Shown: positions 10,606-21,012, counted from the first letter of the stretch. The stretch: 64,000 bases of DNA from Candidatus Ozemobacteraceae bacterium (GCA_965140445.1 OZ223236.1:1-64000); one strand, 5' to 3'. Made by a program: numbers and translations. Notes: a model not told the origin generated them from the sequence alone.

Positions 10606-13512
10606 ATGAAAGAAACAAAATCATTTAATATTTATTTATTCCAGAGCAGTTTTCTGATCATGGCTCTGGTAATTATTCCAATTCTTTTCTTTTATGTTGC
10701 TTTAAATTACCTGACTACTGAAAACATTTCTTCACAAATAAATGCTTTCAGACGTTACACAACAACAATTTCAAAACAAATCGAAAAGGACTCAAACCCC
10801 GAAAAATTTCTGTGTTACAGGCTAACAGACTTATTTAAATCAAGCGATAATCCACAGGAATTTCAAAAAAAAGTCGTTCATCTTTCTAAAATAATAGATG
10901 AAAAAATAATCTACATTTTAACTGACCAAAAGAATCAAGTTATTACTAACCAAGATCTTAGCCAGGAAAAAAAGCTGCTGTGGGTAAAAGCAGGAAAAAT
11001 ATTACAAACAGCATTTTCTGATGCTGGTAGAAGGATTTCATTTTCGTTTCCGGAACAAACTTTATTGGAGAAATTATTGGGTCCTCACTTTTTTCCAGGT
11101 AGACTTTTTAATTCATCCGACATAAGGCCCAAGTTTATCTATCCAGATGCAGGTAATAACTTTCCACTAGCCTACTTGAATGGAAATAGTAAATTCATGG
11201 CCATGGTATTTTTTGATCATTCAATTCTGAACAGTAAAGCTGGAATAAAACAAACAATTGAAGATTTTAAAAATGAAAACAAAACAGTCTTATGGCAAGA
11301 TAGCAGTGGAAAAATAAGTGGTAGTCTGCCAAAAGCTGTTGCCCATAAAAAAATCCTCACTGAAATGATTTCTCTGAATAAAACATTCCTGAATAGAGAA
11401 AATGAACTTTTTGTATTAGCTTCTACATCTTCCGGCGATAAGCTTTTAATTACCAAAAAATTAAAATTAATGGTTAAAAGCCCTAAAAGGCTAACCTTGT
11501 TATTGTTTTTAATAACTTCTTTTATAACCCTGATATTTTTAAAATCAAGCTCTTCGAATAGCAGCTTTTCTAATTTAAGTATAAAATGGCAAATTTTAGC
11601 TCTTCTTCTTCTTTCAGCAGGGCTTCCATCTTTATTCCTAAGCATAGTAACTCTTGATTATCTTCAGCAAAAGCAGAAATTGCTTATAAAAGAAGCCCAT
11701 CAAAAATGTATAAAATACACCCAAAATGTAGAATTCAGGTTTCCTACCGAATTATCGAGACTAGTTAACTCAATAAATAAAACAGACCTTTTTCTTCAAA
11801 AAAGCTTAAAAAATAAAAAATTAGATAAAACGCTAATAAAGGATCTATCCAAAAAACTACCCAAATCCGCTCACGATTTTAGATTGATCTCAAGCTCAAC
11901 TGAAACGTTAGTTACCAAAGACGCAAAGATAGTAAGAGGCAGGGTTCAGGAGCAGTTTTCAAAAAAATGGAGTTTCACAGAAAGAATAAAACTTGAATTT
12001 AAAATGGCAGCGAGATTATCGGCTTTCTACCTAAACATAATCAATAAAACACCTCAGGACCCAAGAAAGTCCGCCGAAACAGAAATGTTTGCGGAAATGG
12101 CGTATCAAAAGCCCTACTATGAAGTAATAAACGATTATATTAGCAATACAAAAGAGATAGCATACACTGGCTGGGGAGATAGACCTTTTCTTTATTATCT
12201 GGATTTGATTTCGGCTTTCACACAAAATATTCAAGATTATACAATAATGTATTTGTTCACTAACAGTATGGTTTCAGACAGCTTCATATCTCGCTGCCAG
12301 GAGAATTTAAACCGAAATCCAGATGACATAAAAATGGTTATAAAAATTGGAGTAATGTGGGGAACAAGTAACCCGGAATTTGAAGATCCTGATTTTAGGA
12401 AAATTCTTAGCGGCCTATCAAAACATCCTTCAACAGAGCCAGAAGTTAAAAACATCTGGGGAAAAGATTGGGTTTATGCTGGTTTTGTTGGAACAAACTT
12501 AACAGACACTGCAATATTGGCATTCTATCCGCTGGAAAAAATTAATAATAAAATAAGAAAAGAAATGGAAAATCTAATTTTCTCAAGCTTTTTCGGACTC
12601 CTTATTATCCTTGGACTTGCCTTGGTAGCTTCTCAGAGCTTTATTCTCCCAATGAAAGCCCTACACGTTGGCGCTGAAGCCCTCAAAGAAAGAAACCTTT
12701 CCTTTAAATTACCTGACATGGGAAGCAATGAGTTCGGACAAATGGCAAAGATTTTCAATAAAAGTTTCCAGGAGTTTGAAGAACTTTCAATTGCCAGCAT
12801 TGTACAGAGTCGTCTATTCCCTTCTCAGACTATTGAAACATCTCCATTTAGCCTATACGGAAAGAGTATCCCAATGGCGGATCTAGGTGGAGATATCTAT
12901 GACTTCTTTGAAATTGACGAAAACAGATTCGGAGTGCTAATTGGAGACGTAGCCGGGCATGGAGTTGGAGCTTCACTTATCATGGCAATGGCTAAAGCCG
13001 GTCTGATTTATTCGAGTGATATTCTTGATCAACCTGTAAAAGTTATGGCGGGCCTGCATAACATGGTTTGTGAAACCAGAACAAAAAAACAAAGAAAAAT
13101 TATGACCTGCCAATATATTTGCATAGATAAAAAAAACCAGACGGCTAAATACTCTAACGCAGGGGGATGTTCTCCTATTTTAGTTAACGCAGAAAAAGGA
13201 ACCGCTGATGAAATTTCATTGCCAGCACCCGTCCTGGGCGCATTTAAAAAGTCGAAATTTTCAGAAATTGACTTATTTATAGAACCCGGCACCGGGCTAG
13301 TTTTTTATACAGATGGAATAATTGAAACTACTAACAGTAAAGGCGAAGAAATCGGCTATGATGGATTTAAAAAAATACTTCTAGAATCGTATGACCAAAA
13401 TGCTGAAAAATTCTATAATAACGTTTACGAAAGATATTGCCAATGGCTCGGGGATTTTCCACCACAGGATGATTTAACATTAGTATTTCTTATAAACCAG
13501 ACTAAAAAGTAA
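10606..13512 (+). CDS. 4-TM membrane sensor with HAMP and SpoIIE/PP2C phosphatase domain (paralog)
   Basis: HAMP (LPMKAL...NEFGQMAKIFN); LGGDIYD, GDVAGHG, FYTDG, QDDLTL. Confidence 0.9.
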   Translation: MKETKSFNIYLFQSSFLIMALVIIPILFFYVALNYLTTENISSQINAFRRYTTTISKQIEKDSNPEKFLCYRLTDLFKSSDNPQEFQKKVVHLSKIIDEKIIYILTDQKNQVITNQDLSQEKKLLWVKAGKILQTAFSDAGRRISFSFPEQTLLEKLLGPHFFPGRLFNSSDIRPKFIYPDAGNNFPLAYLNGNSKFMAMVFFDHSILNSKAGIKQTIEDFKNENKTVLWQDSSGKISGSLPKAVAHKKILTEMISLNKTFLNRENELFVLASTSSGDKLLITKKLKLMVKSPKRLTLLLFLITSFITLIFLKSSSSNSSFSNLSIKWQILALLLLSAGLPSLFLSIVTLDYLQQKQKLLIKEAHQKCIKYTQNVEFRFPTELSRLVNSINKTDLFLQKSLKNKKLDKTLIKDLSKKLPKSAHDFRLISSSTETLVTKDAKIVRGRVQEQFSKKWSFTERIKLEFKMAARLSAFYLNIINKTPQDPRKSAETEMFAEMAYQKPYYEVINDYISNTKEIAYTGWGDRPFLYYLDLISAFTQNIQDYTIMYLFTNSMVSDSFISRCQENLNRNPDDIKMVIKIGVMWGTSNPEFEDPDFRKILSGLSKHPSTEPEVKNIWGKDWVYAGFVGTNLTDTAILAFYPLEKINNKIRKEMENLIFSSFFGLLIILGLALVASQSFILPMKALHVGAEALKERNLSFKLPDMGSNEFGQMAKIFNKSFQEFEELSIASIVQSRLFPSQTIETSPFSLYGKSIPMADLGGDIYDFFEIDENRFGVLIGDVAGHGVGASLIMAMAKAGLIYSSDILDQPVKVMAGLHNMVCETRTKKQRKIMTCQYICIDKKNQTAKYSNAGGCSPILVNAEKGTADEISLPAPVLGAFKKSKFSEIDLFIEPGTGLVFYTDGIIETTNSKGEEIGYDGFKKILLESYDQNAEKFYNNVYERYCQWLGDFPPQDDLTLVFLINQTKK

Positions 13513-13546
13513 AAATCTAGATATAAGCTCTATACCTAGATTTTTT
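13511..13546. terminator. Probable bidirectional terminator between convergent genes
   Basis: AAAAATCTAG-ATATA...TATAC-CTAGATTTTT inverted repeat. Confidence 0.6.
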
Positions 13547-13568
13547 AATTTTAGTCTAAAAAATAAAT

Positions 13569-15461
13569 TTAGCAGGCAACCTGAAGATTCTTTTTGGATT
13601 TTAGCCAGGTACAAACCTTCTTGGCAATACCACTTGCATCAAGACCCAAAATACCTCTTAGCTCAACAACACTTCCATGCTGAACAAAATCATCAGGAAT
13701 GCCAATTCTTAAAGCTTTTGGAGAGAATCCCATTTCATTTGATGATTCCAGAACTAGAGAGCCAAAACCACCTGCCAATGAACCTTCCTCAACAGTAACA
13801 ATTGGAATATTGAGTTCCAAAACTCTTTTTAACAATTCTTTATCAAATGGTTTTACGAATCTCGGATTGATAACAGTAGCGTTCAAACCATTTTTGGACA
13901 AAATATCGGCTGCATCAAGAGAAGGTTTCAAGGTATTGCCAACCGCTAAGATCGCTAAGTCAGAACCTTCTCTAACAACCACACCTCTGCCAGTTGCTAC
14001 AGGAGGTCTATCCACCACTCTGTCTTTTGAACCCAACCCGGCACCACGAGGATAGCGCAAAGCTACAGGTTTGTTTTGATCAATTGCATACCTAAGCATT
14101 TGCTTAAGTTCGACTTCGTCAGACGGGGACAATATTTCAATTCCTGGAATCATTCGTAAAAATGGTATATCAAAAACACCATGGTGGGTTGGACCATCTT
14201 CTCCAACTAACCCTGCACGGTCTAAACAAAAAACAACAGGCAGATCCATAAGACAAACATCGTGAATAACCTGGTCAAAAGCTCTTTGCATAAAAGTCGA
14301 GTAGATTGCAACCACTGGCTTTAAACCACCTCTTGCCATACCAGCAGCCATAGTTACCGCATGCTGTTCTGCAATTCCAACATCAAAAAATCTCGACGGG
14401 AACTCTGAAGCAAATCTTTTTAGCCCAGTTCCTTCTTTCATCGCGCCTGTAATGGCAACAACATCGTGTCTCTCTGCAGCAATTTCGGCAAGCTCATCAC
14501 CAAAAACAGCAGTATAAGAAGGTGGTTCCTGCTCCTTTTTTACCGTTCCAGTTTCAATTTCAAACGGACCAACACCATGAAACTTTGATATCTGATCCTG
14601 CGCAGGTTTGTAACCTCTACCCTTTTCGGTAAGAACATGGACAAGAACAGGGCCTTTTCGTTCTTTTGCGCGGCTCAAAGCCCTTTCCATCATCTCAAAA
14701 TCATATCCATTTACAGGGCCAAAGTATTTAAAGCCAAACTCTTCAAATAGCATTCCCGGGGTAAGTAAATATTTTAAGCTTCCTTCAATCCTGCTAAGAA
14801 CATTGTAAAGCCTTGAACCAAATCCAGGTATTTGCTTAAGAACATGCGCCAGATAATCTTTGGGTGTTGTGAAAGCTGGCTCAAGCCTTAACTTATGCAA
14901 GTACATTGATAGCGCCCCAACATTTGGAGAAATAGACATTTCGTTGTCATTTAAGATAACAACCAGATCAGACTTTTTGTGCCCAGTAAAGTTCAAAGCT
15001 TCGAAAGCCATTCCACCAGTTAAAGCACCATCCCCAATTACAGCAACAACCTTTCCAGATTTTTGTAATTGGTCCTTGGCAATAGTCAAACCCTGAGCCG
15101 CCGAAATTGAAGTAGAACTATGCCCTGTATCAAAAGAGTCATGTTCGCTTTCACCAATTTTAGGAAAACCGCTCAGTCCTCCGAGGGTTCTCAAAGTTGG
15201 GAATTCACTTTGCCGTCCGGTTATAAGTTTATGTACATAAGTCTGATGACCAACATCCCAAACTATCTGATCAATCGGGGATTGGTAAACTCTATGAATA
15301 GCAAGGGTAAGCTCAACAATACCCAGATTGCTTGCAAGATGCCCACCAGTTCTGGAGACAACCTGAATTATACGATCTCTGATTTCCTGACTGAGCATCT
15401 CAAGATCGCTGATCGAAAGATTTCTTAAATCCTGTGGCGATTGTATTTTATCTAATATCAT
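13569..15461 (-). CDS. dxs: 1-deoxy-D-xylulose-5-phosphate synthase
   Basis: GGHLASNLG, WDVGHQ, GDGALTGG, DVGIAEQHA, DRAGLVGEDGPTH. Confidence 0.97.
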   Translation of the reverse strand: MILDKIQSPQDLRNLSISDLEMLSQEIRDRIIQVVSRTGGHLASNLGIVELTLAIHRVYQSPIDQIVWDVGHQTYVHKLITGRQSEFPTLRTLGGLSGFPKIGESEHDSFDTGHSSTSISAAQGLTIAKDQLQKSGKVVAVIGDGALTGGMAFEALNFTGHKKSDLVVILNDNEMSISPNVGALSMYLHKLRLEPAFTTPKDYLAHVLKQIPGFGSRLYNVLSRIEGSLKYLLTPGMLFEEFGFKYFGPVNGYDFEMMERALSRAKERKGPVLVHVLTEKGRGYKPAQDQISKFHGVGPFEIETGTVKKEQEPPSYTAVFGDELAEIAAERHDVVAITGAMKEGTGLKRFASEFPSRFFDVGIAEQHAVTMAAGMARGGLKPVVAIYSTFMQRAFDQVIHDVCLMDLPVVFCLDRAGLVGEDGPTHHGVFDIPFLRMIPGIEILSPSDEVELKQMLRYAIDQNKPVALRYPRGAGLGSKDRVVDRPPVATGRGVVVREGSDLAILAVGNTLKPSLDAADILSKNGLNATVINPRFVKPFDKELLKRVLELNIPIVTVEEGSLAGGFGSLVLESSNEMGFSPKALRIGIPDDFVQHGSVVELRGILGLDASGIAKKVCTWLKSKKNLQVAC

Positions 15462-15535
15462 ATTTCCTCTGAAAATGCCTGAACACCAACACCATTGATG
15501 ATATCACACTTCAATTATCCGTTCAAAGCATTGAA

Positions 15536-15730
15536 TTAACCAACCTGGTTATTTAATTTTTCTAATAGTTTCTGCAAATCTATTCCATGTACTTTAGCAG
15601 CATCTTCAAGACTCTCACCCGCGGCAACAGCACAACCAATGCAATGCATTCCAAACTCCTGCAATACCTTTGATGAATCCGGCTTCTGCTTAAGTATTTC
15701 TGCTATGGTCATATCCGAATCAATTTTCAT
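15536..15730 (-). CDS. DUF1858 family small protein
   Basis: MKIDSDMTIAEIL...FGMHCIGC..A.GESLEDAAKVHGID. The start was moved to ATG 15730, which follows a GGAG RBS. Confidence 0.85.
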   Translation of the reverse strand: MKIDSDMTIAEILKQKPDSSKVLQEFGMHCIGCAVAAGESLEDAAKVHGIDLQKLLEKLNNQVG

Positions 15731-17207
15731 TCTTGTCTCCAGTAAAAGTCTTTTCTTCAGAATCATCTGGATGAATTTTCATTTTATCAAGTTCGTGGTG
15801 TTGATCCTGTAAAGCCTTATTAGACTCAAAAACCAAAACCCAAACTGTCTGAAAAACAATTTTTATATCCAAAATCAAACTATAGTTATCCAGATAAAAG
15901 TAATCATAACTTACCTTATCCACAAGTCTTAAATAATATCTTGCATTAACTGCCGCTAAACCAGTAACTCCAGGCTTTACTGACAGCCTTCTTCCCTGGA
16001 ATTCAGAATAATCACTAACGAAAAATGGTCTTTCTGGTCGCGGACCAACAACTGACATCTCCCCTGTTAATACAAGAAAAAACTGTGGCAACTCGTCAAT
16101 CCCGAACCTGCGCAAAAATTTACCAATCCCTGTTGTCCTTGGATCATCTGAGGTCGCGATTTGAGGGCCCGCCTTGGCTTCCGCTCCAACCCGCATAGAC
16201 CTGAACTTGATAACATCAAATTCTTTTCCATATCGCCCAACTCTTTTCTGTTTATAAAAAATTGGCCCTTTTGAGTCCAGTCTAACTAAAATTGCAGCTA
16301 AAATCATTGCAGGCGATGACACCGCAATTGCAAACAAGGAAAAAACAATATCAAAGCTTCTTTTAAAAATCCTTTGGATTCTATTCAATGGATGGGCTTT
16401 GATTGTAGTAAGAGGAAAATCCTCCAGACTTTGCAAACCGACCTGTCCGGAAGTCTTTTTGGGATCAAATATAACCCTTACCTTGAAATCATGAGGCTCT
16501 TCTTTTCTGTGGTAAAAAATCTGCGACCAAAAAGAGTCTAAATTTAAACTTGGATCAGAAACAAAAATTTCATGAGCATGCTTAAAAATTAGTTCAGAAG
16601 CCAAATCTTCAATTTCTTCGGACTTCATAACTCTAACAATCTTAAAACGTACTCCACCTCGGCGATGGAAATGCTGAATAATTCTTTTTCCTTCTTTTTC
16701 ATCCCCAATTATTATCGCTCTTTTAAGTAATGGTTGAGGCTTAAAAACAGATGCGATAACGACCCTTAAAAGGAATATGGCAATTATCGAAAAACCTGTT
16801 GCCAAAAGAAAAATAGATCTTGGAAAAGTATAGGTCTGACTCGCCATACTTCTCCAGAAGAACGTCAGAAGGTTAAAGCTTACAAATGAAGCAAGTAGAA
16901 CATTTGTAGTTTGGGAAAAAATGTCTGAAGCAGCCCTAAAGTTTCTTATTTCGAAATTGCCAATCAATAAACTAAAAAATAAGTAAAAACCAAAGAGCCA
17001 CCACTTTACCTGAAAATATGATTCCAGATACATTTCTTTTTGGGGCATTCCAGCAAGCCAAAATCCAAAAATCCACAGAAAAACAGCATTCATTAAAATC
17101 CCATCCATAGGGATTAACATGAAATTTAAAAGCTTTTCTGCGCCTCTGGGCAATCTGAACTTCCAATGTGCCCTTCTGGAACTACTAGATTTTTTTTGAG
17201 AAACCAT
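15720..17207 (-). CDS. Polyprenyl-phosphate glycosylphosphotransferase (WcaJ/WbaP-like sugar transferase)
   Basis: N-terminal TMs; KRSFDI, KFRSM, DELPQ, MSVVGPRPE, KPGVTGLA. Confidence 0.92.
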   Translation of the reverse strand: MVSQKKSSSSRRAHWKFRLPRGAEKLLNFMLIPMDGILMNAVFLWIFGFWLAGMPQKEMYLESYFQVKWWLFGFYLFFSLLIGNFEIRNFRAASDIFSQTTNVLLASFVSFNLLTFFWRSMASQTYTFPRSIFLLATGFSIIAIFLLRVVIASVFKPQPLLKRAIIIGDEKEGKRIIQHFHRRGGVRFKIVRVMKSEEIEDLASELIFKHAHEIFVSDPSLNLDSFWSQIFYHRKEEPHDFKVRVIFDPKKTSGQVGLQSLEDFPLTTIKAHPLNRIQRIFKRSFDIVFSLFAIAVSSPAMILAAILVRLDSKGPIFYKQKRVGRYGKEFDVIKFRSMRVGAEAKAGPQIATSDDPRTTGIGKFLRRFGIDELPQFFLVLTGEMSVVGPRPERPFFVSDYSEFQGRRLSVKPGVTGLAAVNARYYLRLVDKVSYDYFYLDNYSLILDIKIVFQTVWVLVFESNKALQDQHHELDKMKIHPDDSEEKTFTGDKNEN

Positions 17208-17209
17208 GC

Positions 17210-17716
17210 CTACTTTTTATTATCTATGCAGTTAAGCATGGTAAAAAGCTTGGCTATATGGATTTTTTCCTGCCGTATAAGTTCTTCGACAACGGCTCTG
17301 TTCTCAATATCTTTATCAAGCATTCTCAAAATTTCTGAAAAGAACAAAATTGTATCTTTTTCAAAAGAGAGAGCATGTCTGATAGCCTGTTCATCAGTTT
17401 TTATTTCATCTGCAATTCCATCATAGGATTCCAGATTAGGAAAAACCCTTCCATCAAACATAGCGGTCAAATACGATTCCATTTCGGGGGTTTTATACTC
17501 GTCAGCTATTTCGTAGGCCGGTTCCTGTAAAGACTCTCTTATTCTTTTAAAATCTTCAATATGACCAGCTTCTTCTTTTGCCAGGAATAAAAAGACTTCT
17601 TTAACCGATTCGCTTTTAGCTTCATCAGCCATTCTTGTAAAATATTTATTGCCATTTGTTTCAATCTGAATTGCCAATTCCATCAATTCAGAGGGGTTAC
17701 ACGTAAAATTGCTCAT
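17210..17716 (-). CDS. Rubrerythrin/ferritin-like protein
   Basis: AIQIE, LAKEEAGH, ALSFEKD, QEKIH diiron-type motifs; AGGAG RBS. Confidence 0.85.
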   Translation of the reverse strand: MSNFTCNPSELMELAIQIETNGNKYFTRMADEAKSESVKEVFLFLAKEEAGHIEDFKRIRESLQEPAYEIADEYKTPEMESYLTAMFDGRVFPNLESYDGIADEIKTDEQAIRHALSFEKDTILFFSEILRMLDKDIENRAVVEELIRQEKIHIAKLFTMLNCIDNKK

Positions 17717-17796
17717 TTAGATATCTCCTGAAAATGTCTTTTCAAAATTTATTAAGGGCAATTATAACGCAAAATGCTTTCAATTTCGAATTCTAA

Positions 17797-18840
17797 TTAC
17801 TTCAAAGCTAATTCAATTTCTTCAGCAATTTCATCCAGCTTCAAAATTCTTGAGGCCGCTTCTTGTTCTAACGCGGCTTTAGGCATGCCATATACAACAG
17901 AACTCAATCGGTCCTGAGCAATGGTCAATCCACCCATTAATTTAATATTTTTCAGACCCCTTACTCCATCTTCACCCATTCCTGTGAGGATAATACCTAT
18001 GGCTCTATGCGCAAATTCTTTTGCCGCTGAAAAAAACAAGGTATTTATACATGGAGCAAAGCGATCCTGAACGCTCTCATTAGATTCAATTGAGAAAACA
18101 TACCTTCCCTCAATATTCTTTGTAACTCGGGTTTGATGATCTCCTGGGCAAAGATAAACTACTGCCTGCTGCAAAATCTCATCAGAAGCAGCTTCCTTAA
18201 CCCTGATACCACAAAGAGTGTTCATTCGTGAAGCAAAAGCTGCCGTAAAAGCCTTTGGCATATGCTGGGCAATAATTATCGGAGCTGGGAAATTTGGTGG
18301 CAAACTAGTCAAAATTTTCTGGATTGCGGGCGGGCCGCCAGTAGAAGCACCTATAAAAACAGCTTTATTAATGGGCTCGTTTGCTCTTGAAGGGAATCTT
18401 TTTCCGCGAGCAACGGACTTATACTCTAATTTTACGGCCTGAGGTTTGCAGTGGGCAACTGCATGAATCTTTGAGATCAACTCCTCTTTTAATCGTAAAA
18501 CATTAACAGAGAGAGTAGACCCTGGTTTTGGAATATAATCAACAGCCCCCAGGTCAAGTGCGTCAAGAGTTACTTTTGCCCCTTCCTGAGTGAGCGAACT
18601 TACCATAAGCACAGGCACCGGACAGATTCGCATTATTTCCTTTAATGCATGTAATCCATCCATAATCGGCATTTCAACGTCCATGGTTACAACATCTGGT
18701 CTTAACCTGGCAACCTTTGAAACCGCCTCTTTTCCATTTGCTGCAGAGCCAATTATCTGAATAGAGGGATCGTCGCGTAACATTCTTTCCAGAGCTGTTC
18801 GCATGAACGCAGAATCATCAACTATGAGTACTTTAATCAA
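17797..18840 (-). CDS. cheB: Chemotaxis methylesterase response regulator
   Basis: REC domain (VDDS, MDVEMP) plus GASTGG, QHM, LTGMGEDG, VYGMP. Confidence 0.95.
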   Translation of the reverse strand: MIKVLIVDDSAFMRTALERMLRDDPSIQIIGSAANGKEAVSKVARLRPDVVTMDVEMPIMDGLHALKEIMRICPVPVLMVSSLTQEGAKVTLDALDLGAVDYIPKPGSTLSVNVLRLKEELISKIHAVAHCKPQAVKLEYKSVARGKRFPSRANEPINKAVFIGASTGGPPAIQKILTSLPPNFPAPIIIAQHMPKAFTAAFASRMNTLCGIRVKEAASDEILQQAVVYLCPGDHQTRVTKNIEGRYVFSIESNESVQDRFAPCINTLFFSAAKEFAHRAIGIILTGMGEDGVRGLKNIKLMGGLTIAQDRLSSVVYGMPKAALEQEAASRILKLDEIAEEIELALK

Positions 18841-18860
18841 TCCTTATTCCATCCATTCAA

Positions 18861-19724
18861 TTATTTTCCAATTATAGGTTTTTTATAAATATAAGCTTTG
18901 CCACATTGAATTACTTCAAAATAATTAAAATCCCGAGGCAAGCATTCACTTTCGCCAAGAAAGAGAATACCACCCGGAGCAAGAAGATTAAAGAATTCTT
19001 TTAACAATTTTCTTCTGAGCTCTTCTTCAAAATAAATTAATACATTTCTGCAGAATATTACGTTTGAACCGGATAAAACGTTCAAACTTTTTATTTCTTT
19101 CAAATTTAATTTACAAAAACTTACAAGGCTTTTAATATCCTCAAAAACGGTTAATGAATCATTTTTCCCTATTTCACCAATTTTCACCTGCAATCTGGCC
19201 TGAAAGTTTTCAATTTTATTTTGGTGGGCACGCTTTTTATAAAAAGCTTCCCTGGCGTAAGCAAGGTTCTTGGTATTAATATCACCTGCGTAAATGTGAA
19301 AAATTTGCTCAGGGTTTTCCTGCATAAAATGCTTAACCAAAGCAGCGATTGAATATGGCTCCTCACCCCTTGCGCATCCAGCACTCCATATTTTTATAGG
19401 TAAAACTCGCCCATGGAATTGTTTTATTTTTTCAGGGAAATATTGATTTAATAAATAATTAAACTGATCTGGATTTCTAAAAAAGAAACTCTCGCTTACT
19501 GTCAATTCAGAAATAAGTTCTTCCATCTCAGTTTTAACAGAAGAGTTTAAACATCCTTCCAAAGCCTGGATATAATCCTTAACTCGCCCGATACCAAGCT
19601 TTTTTATCTGCTCTTCAATCTTTTTTTCAATTTGTCTGGTAGCAATCCTGTCAAATAAAATTCCTGAATAAGAAAATACCAGTTCACCAATCTTTTTTAG
19701 CTGGACCTTGTCTAATATAATCAT
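18861..19724 (-). CDS. cheR: Chemotaxis methyltransferase
   Basis: ESFFFR, IWSAGC..GEEPYS, IFCRNVLIYF, LFLGESE. Confidence 0.93.
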   Translation of the reverse strand: MIILDKVQLKKIGELVFSYSGILFDRIATRQIEKKIEEQIKKLGIGRVKDYIQALEGCLNSSVKTEMEELISELTVSESFFFRNPDQFNYLLNQYFPEKIKQFHGRVLPIKIWSAGCARGEEPYSIAALVKHFMQENPEQIFHIYAGDINTKNLAYAREAFYKKRAHQNKIENFQARLQVKIGEIGKNDSLTVFEDIKSLVSFCKLNLKEIKSLNVLSGSNVIFCRNVLIYFEEELRRKLLKEFFNLLAPGGILFLGESECLPRDFNYFEVIQCGKAYIYKKPIIGK

Positions 19725-20146
19725 TCTTTATGATATGGCTCCCCAAAAAGAATTGAGATAGCTCTATAAATTTGTTCAGAAAGAACCAATAGCGCAAGTT
19801 GATGATTTAACGTTAGCGGCGACAAAGAAAGAAACTCAGACGATTTTGCTTTAACCCTTTCATCCAAACCTGCTGCAGCTCCTAAACAAAAAGTAAGTTT
19901 ATTAACGCCGCTATTAATCTTTTTCTGCACCCAATTTGTAAATTCAGTAGTGTCATAGGTCTTGCAATGCTCATCAAGTCCAATAACTGTTTCTCTTCCA
20001 GTTATTCTCCTAAGCATCCCTTCTTCGTCTTTACAATGAATGATTTCAACGTTCAGTCTTTTCCCACATCTGGAAATATATTGATCAATCAATTGTCTAT
20101 ATGGCTTTTCAGATACTTTTCCGATCATCAAAATCTCAATTTTCAT
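19721..20146 (-). CDS. rlmH: 23S rRNA m3Psi1915 methyltransferase
   Basis: LSLSPLTLNHQL..L.L.EQIYRA..I..GEPYHK. Confidence 0.9.
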   Translation of the reverse strand: MKIEILMIGKVSEKPYRQLIDQYISRCGKRLNVEIIHCKDEEGMLRRITGRETVIGLDEHCKTYDTTEFTNWVQKKINSGVNKLTFCLGAAAGLDERVKAKSSEFLSLSPLTLNHQLALLVLSEQIYRAISILFGEPYHKE

Positions 20147-21012
20147 CCCAGCTCTTCCTCGGGCAAATCAGAAAAATTAAAACTGGCCTGCTTCATCAGC
20201 AGATTCCTTTTAAGAGGCTCTGGTAAAGGGGTTGATTGAAAAATTCTCGGGCTATATTCATCCTGATCCATCACATAAATTCGCGTGTTTGCCAATTTTG
20301 ATCCCGCGCCACTTAAAAACGGCTCGAGATTCTCTCTTACAAGTGCTGGGGTATTTGATTCCTGGCTTAGATGCATAAGAATTAAACTTTCAGGCCTTCT
20401 ATTTAAGCGACTTACAATTCCTCGCACTCCAGTATTAGCAAGATGTCCTGAATTTCCGCGAATTCTTTTCTTTAACCAGAAAGGATAAGAACAAATCTTT
20501 AGCATATCTTCATCATAATTACTCTCAAGACAAACTATGTCTGAATAATCCAGAGACTCCATAACTTTAGGTGTTACGTGCCCAAGATCTGTTGCTACAG
20601 ATATAACGCCAGCTCGGTTTTCAAAGCGAAGCCCCAAAGGCTCTGTAGCATCATGAGGAACTTCGAAAGGAAAGCACCTTGTGCCTTCTATTTCAACTTC
20701 CTTCCCATCCTTTAAACAGACTGCATTGGAAATATCAACATCCTTGTTTTTTAGCGCAGCGATAGTGCCTCGTGAGGCATAAACAGGGATATTTGCCTTT
20801 TTCAGCAAAACCCGTAACCCTTTGATATGATCTTCGTGTTCATGGGTCACAAAAACTCCCGAAAGGTCTGAAACTGTCATGTTCTTATTTTCGAGAAAGG
20901 AAGAAATCCTTTTGCAACTAAATCCAGCATCCAACAAAAATCGTTGATTGCCCAATTCCAGCAAAGCAGAGTTTCCTTTACTTCCAGAACCGATAAAAGT
21001 TATTCCAATCAA
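20143..21012 (-). CDS. MBL-fold metallo-hydrolase (YycJ/WalJ-like)
   Basis: GSGSKGN, THEHEDH, VPHDA, TDLG, LESNYD, GHL, HLSQE. Confidence 0.88.
   Translation of the reverse strand: MIGITFIGSGSKGNSALLELGNQRFLLDAGFSCKRISSFLENKNMTVSDLSGVFVTHEHEDHIKGLRVLLKKANIPVYASRGTIAALKNKDVDISNAVCLKDGKEVEIEGTRCFPFEVPHDATEPLGLRFENRAGVISVATDLGHVTPKVMESLDYSDIVCLESNYDEDMLKICSYPFWLKKRIRGNSGHLANTGVRGIVSRLNRRPESLILMHLSQESNTPALVRENLEPFLSGAGSKLANTRIYVMDQDEYSPRIFQSTPLPEPLKRNLLMKQASFNFSDLPEEELG

Noticed and set aside
7692..13512. Complementary catalytic loss in the SpoIIE pair
   Set aside because: Both copies retain GGD, DVxGHG, TDG and DD motifs.
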